Origin: Monosiga brevicollis MX1
Lineage: Eukaryota
Length of the DNA: 64,000 nucleotides
Reading direction: 5' to 3'
NCBI RefSeq assembly: GCF_000002865.3
Contig: NW_001865039.1
Coordinates: 2,212,438 to 2,276,437, forward strand
Each line of letters begins with the position of its first letter. The first letter of the stretch is position 1. The notes under the pieces are model-generated. The model made no database searches and had not been told where the DNA came from. It saw nothing but the letters and a program-made list of their open reading frames with translations. The translations under genes and the position numbers were made by a program. Below, one piece after another: positions 63,952-64,000 of the stretch.

Positions 63952-64000
63952 AGAGAGAGAGAGAGTTTGAGAGAGAGTTTGAGAGAGAGAGAGAGAGAGA
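63952..64000. repeat. (GA)n microsatellite with TTT interruptions, runs to window end
   Basis: Directly visible. Confidence 0.95.

Overview
Gene-dense, intron-rich eukaryotic DNA: short GT-AG introns, long (GA)n/(CA)n microsatellites and two 50-N assembly gaps. The style and the animal-like signalling genes suggest a choanoflagellate, probably Monosiga brevicollis (inference, no search run). About 17 spliced genes were reconstructed by eye: a Tyr-motif-rich protein (partial), a PAQR receptor, a Ser-rich ORF, a GAP1-family RasGAP, an ERK5-type MAPK, a TPR-GT61 glycosyltransferase, a very large multidomain tyrosine kinase, NDUFA2, an EF-hand protein, ACADS, a ribokinase-TIR fusion, a small hypothetical, a CDK, TruB, taspase-1, an MCP1-like membrane protein, OSBP, NOP53 and a secreted GH16. 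Two things stand out. (1) A minus-strand gene (~37501-43590) appears to join a ribokinase/PfkB domain, an ankyrin-like segment and a bacterial-type TIR domain that keeps the NADase-type Glu. Its TIR is split over four exons, so it is mostly hidden in the ORF track. (2) A plus-strand gene (~18734-27951) appears to join a degenerate atypical kinase, ankyrins, an intact PI3/4K-like atypical kinase, LRRs, a TBC1D24-like TBC domain, a tyrosine kinase and a Tyr-rich tail. Exon boundaries are manual predictions and gene ends are approximate. No rRNA, tRNA, CRISPR array or transposase was recognised.
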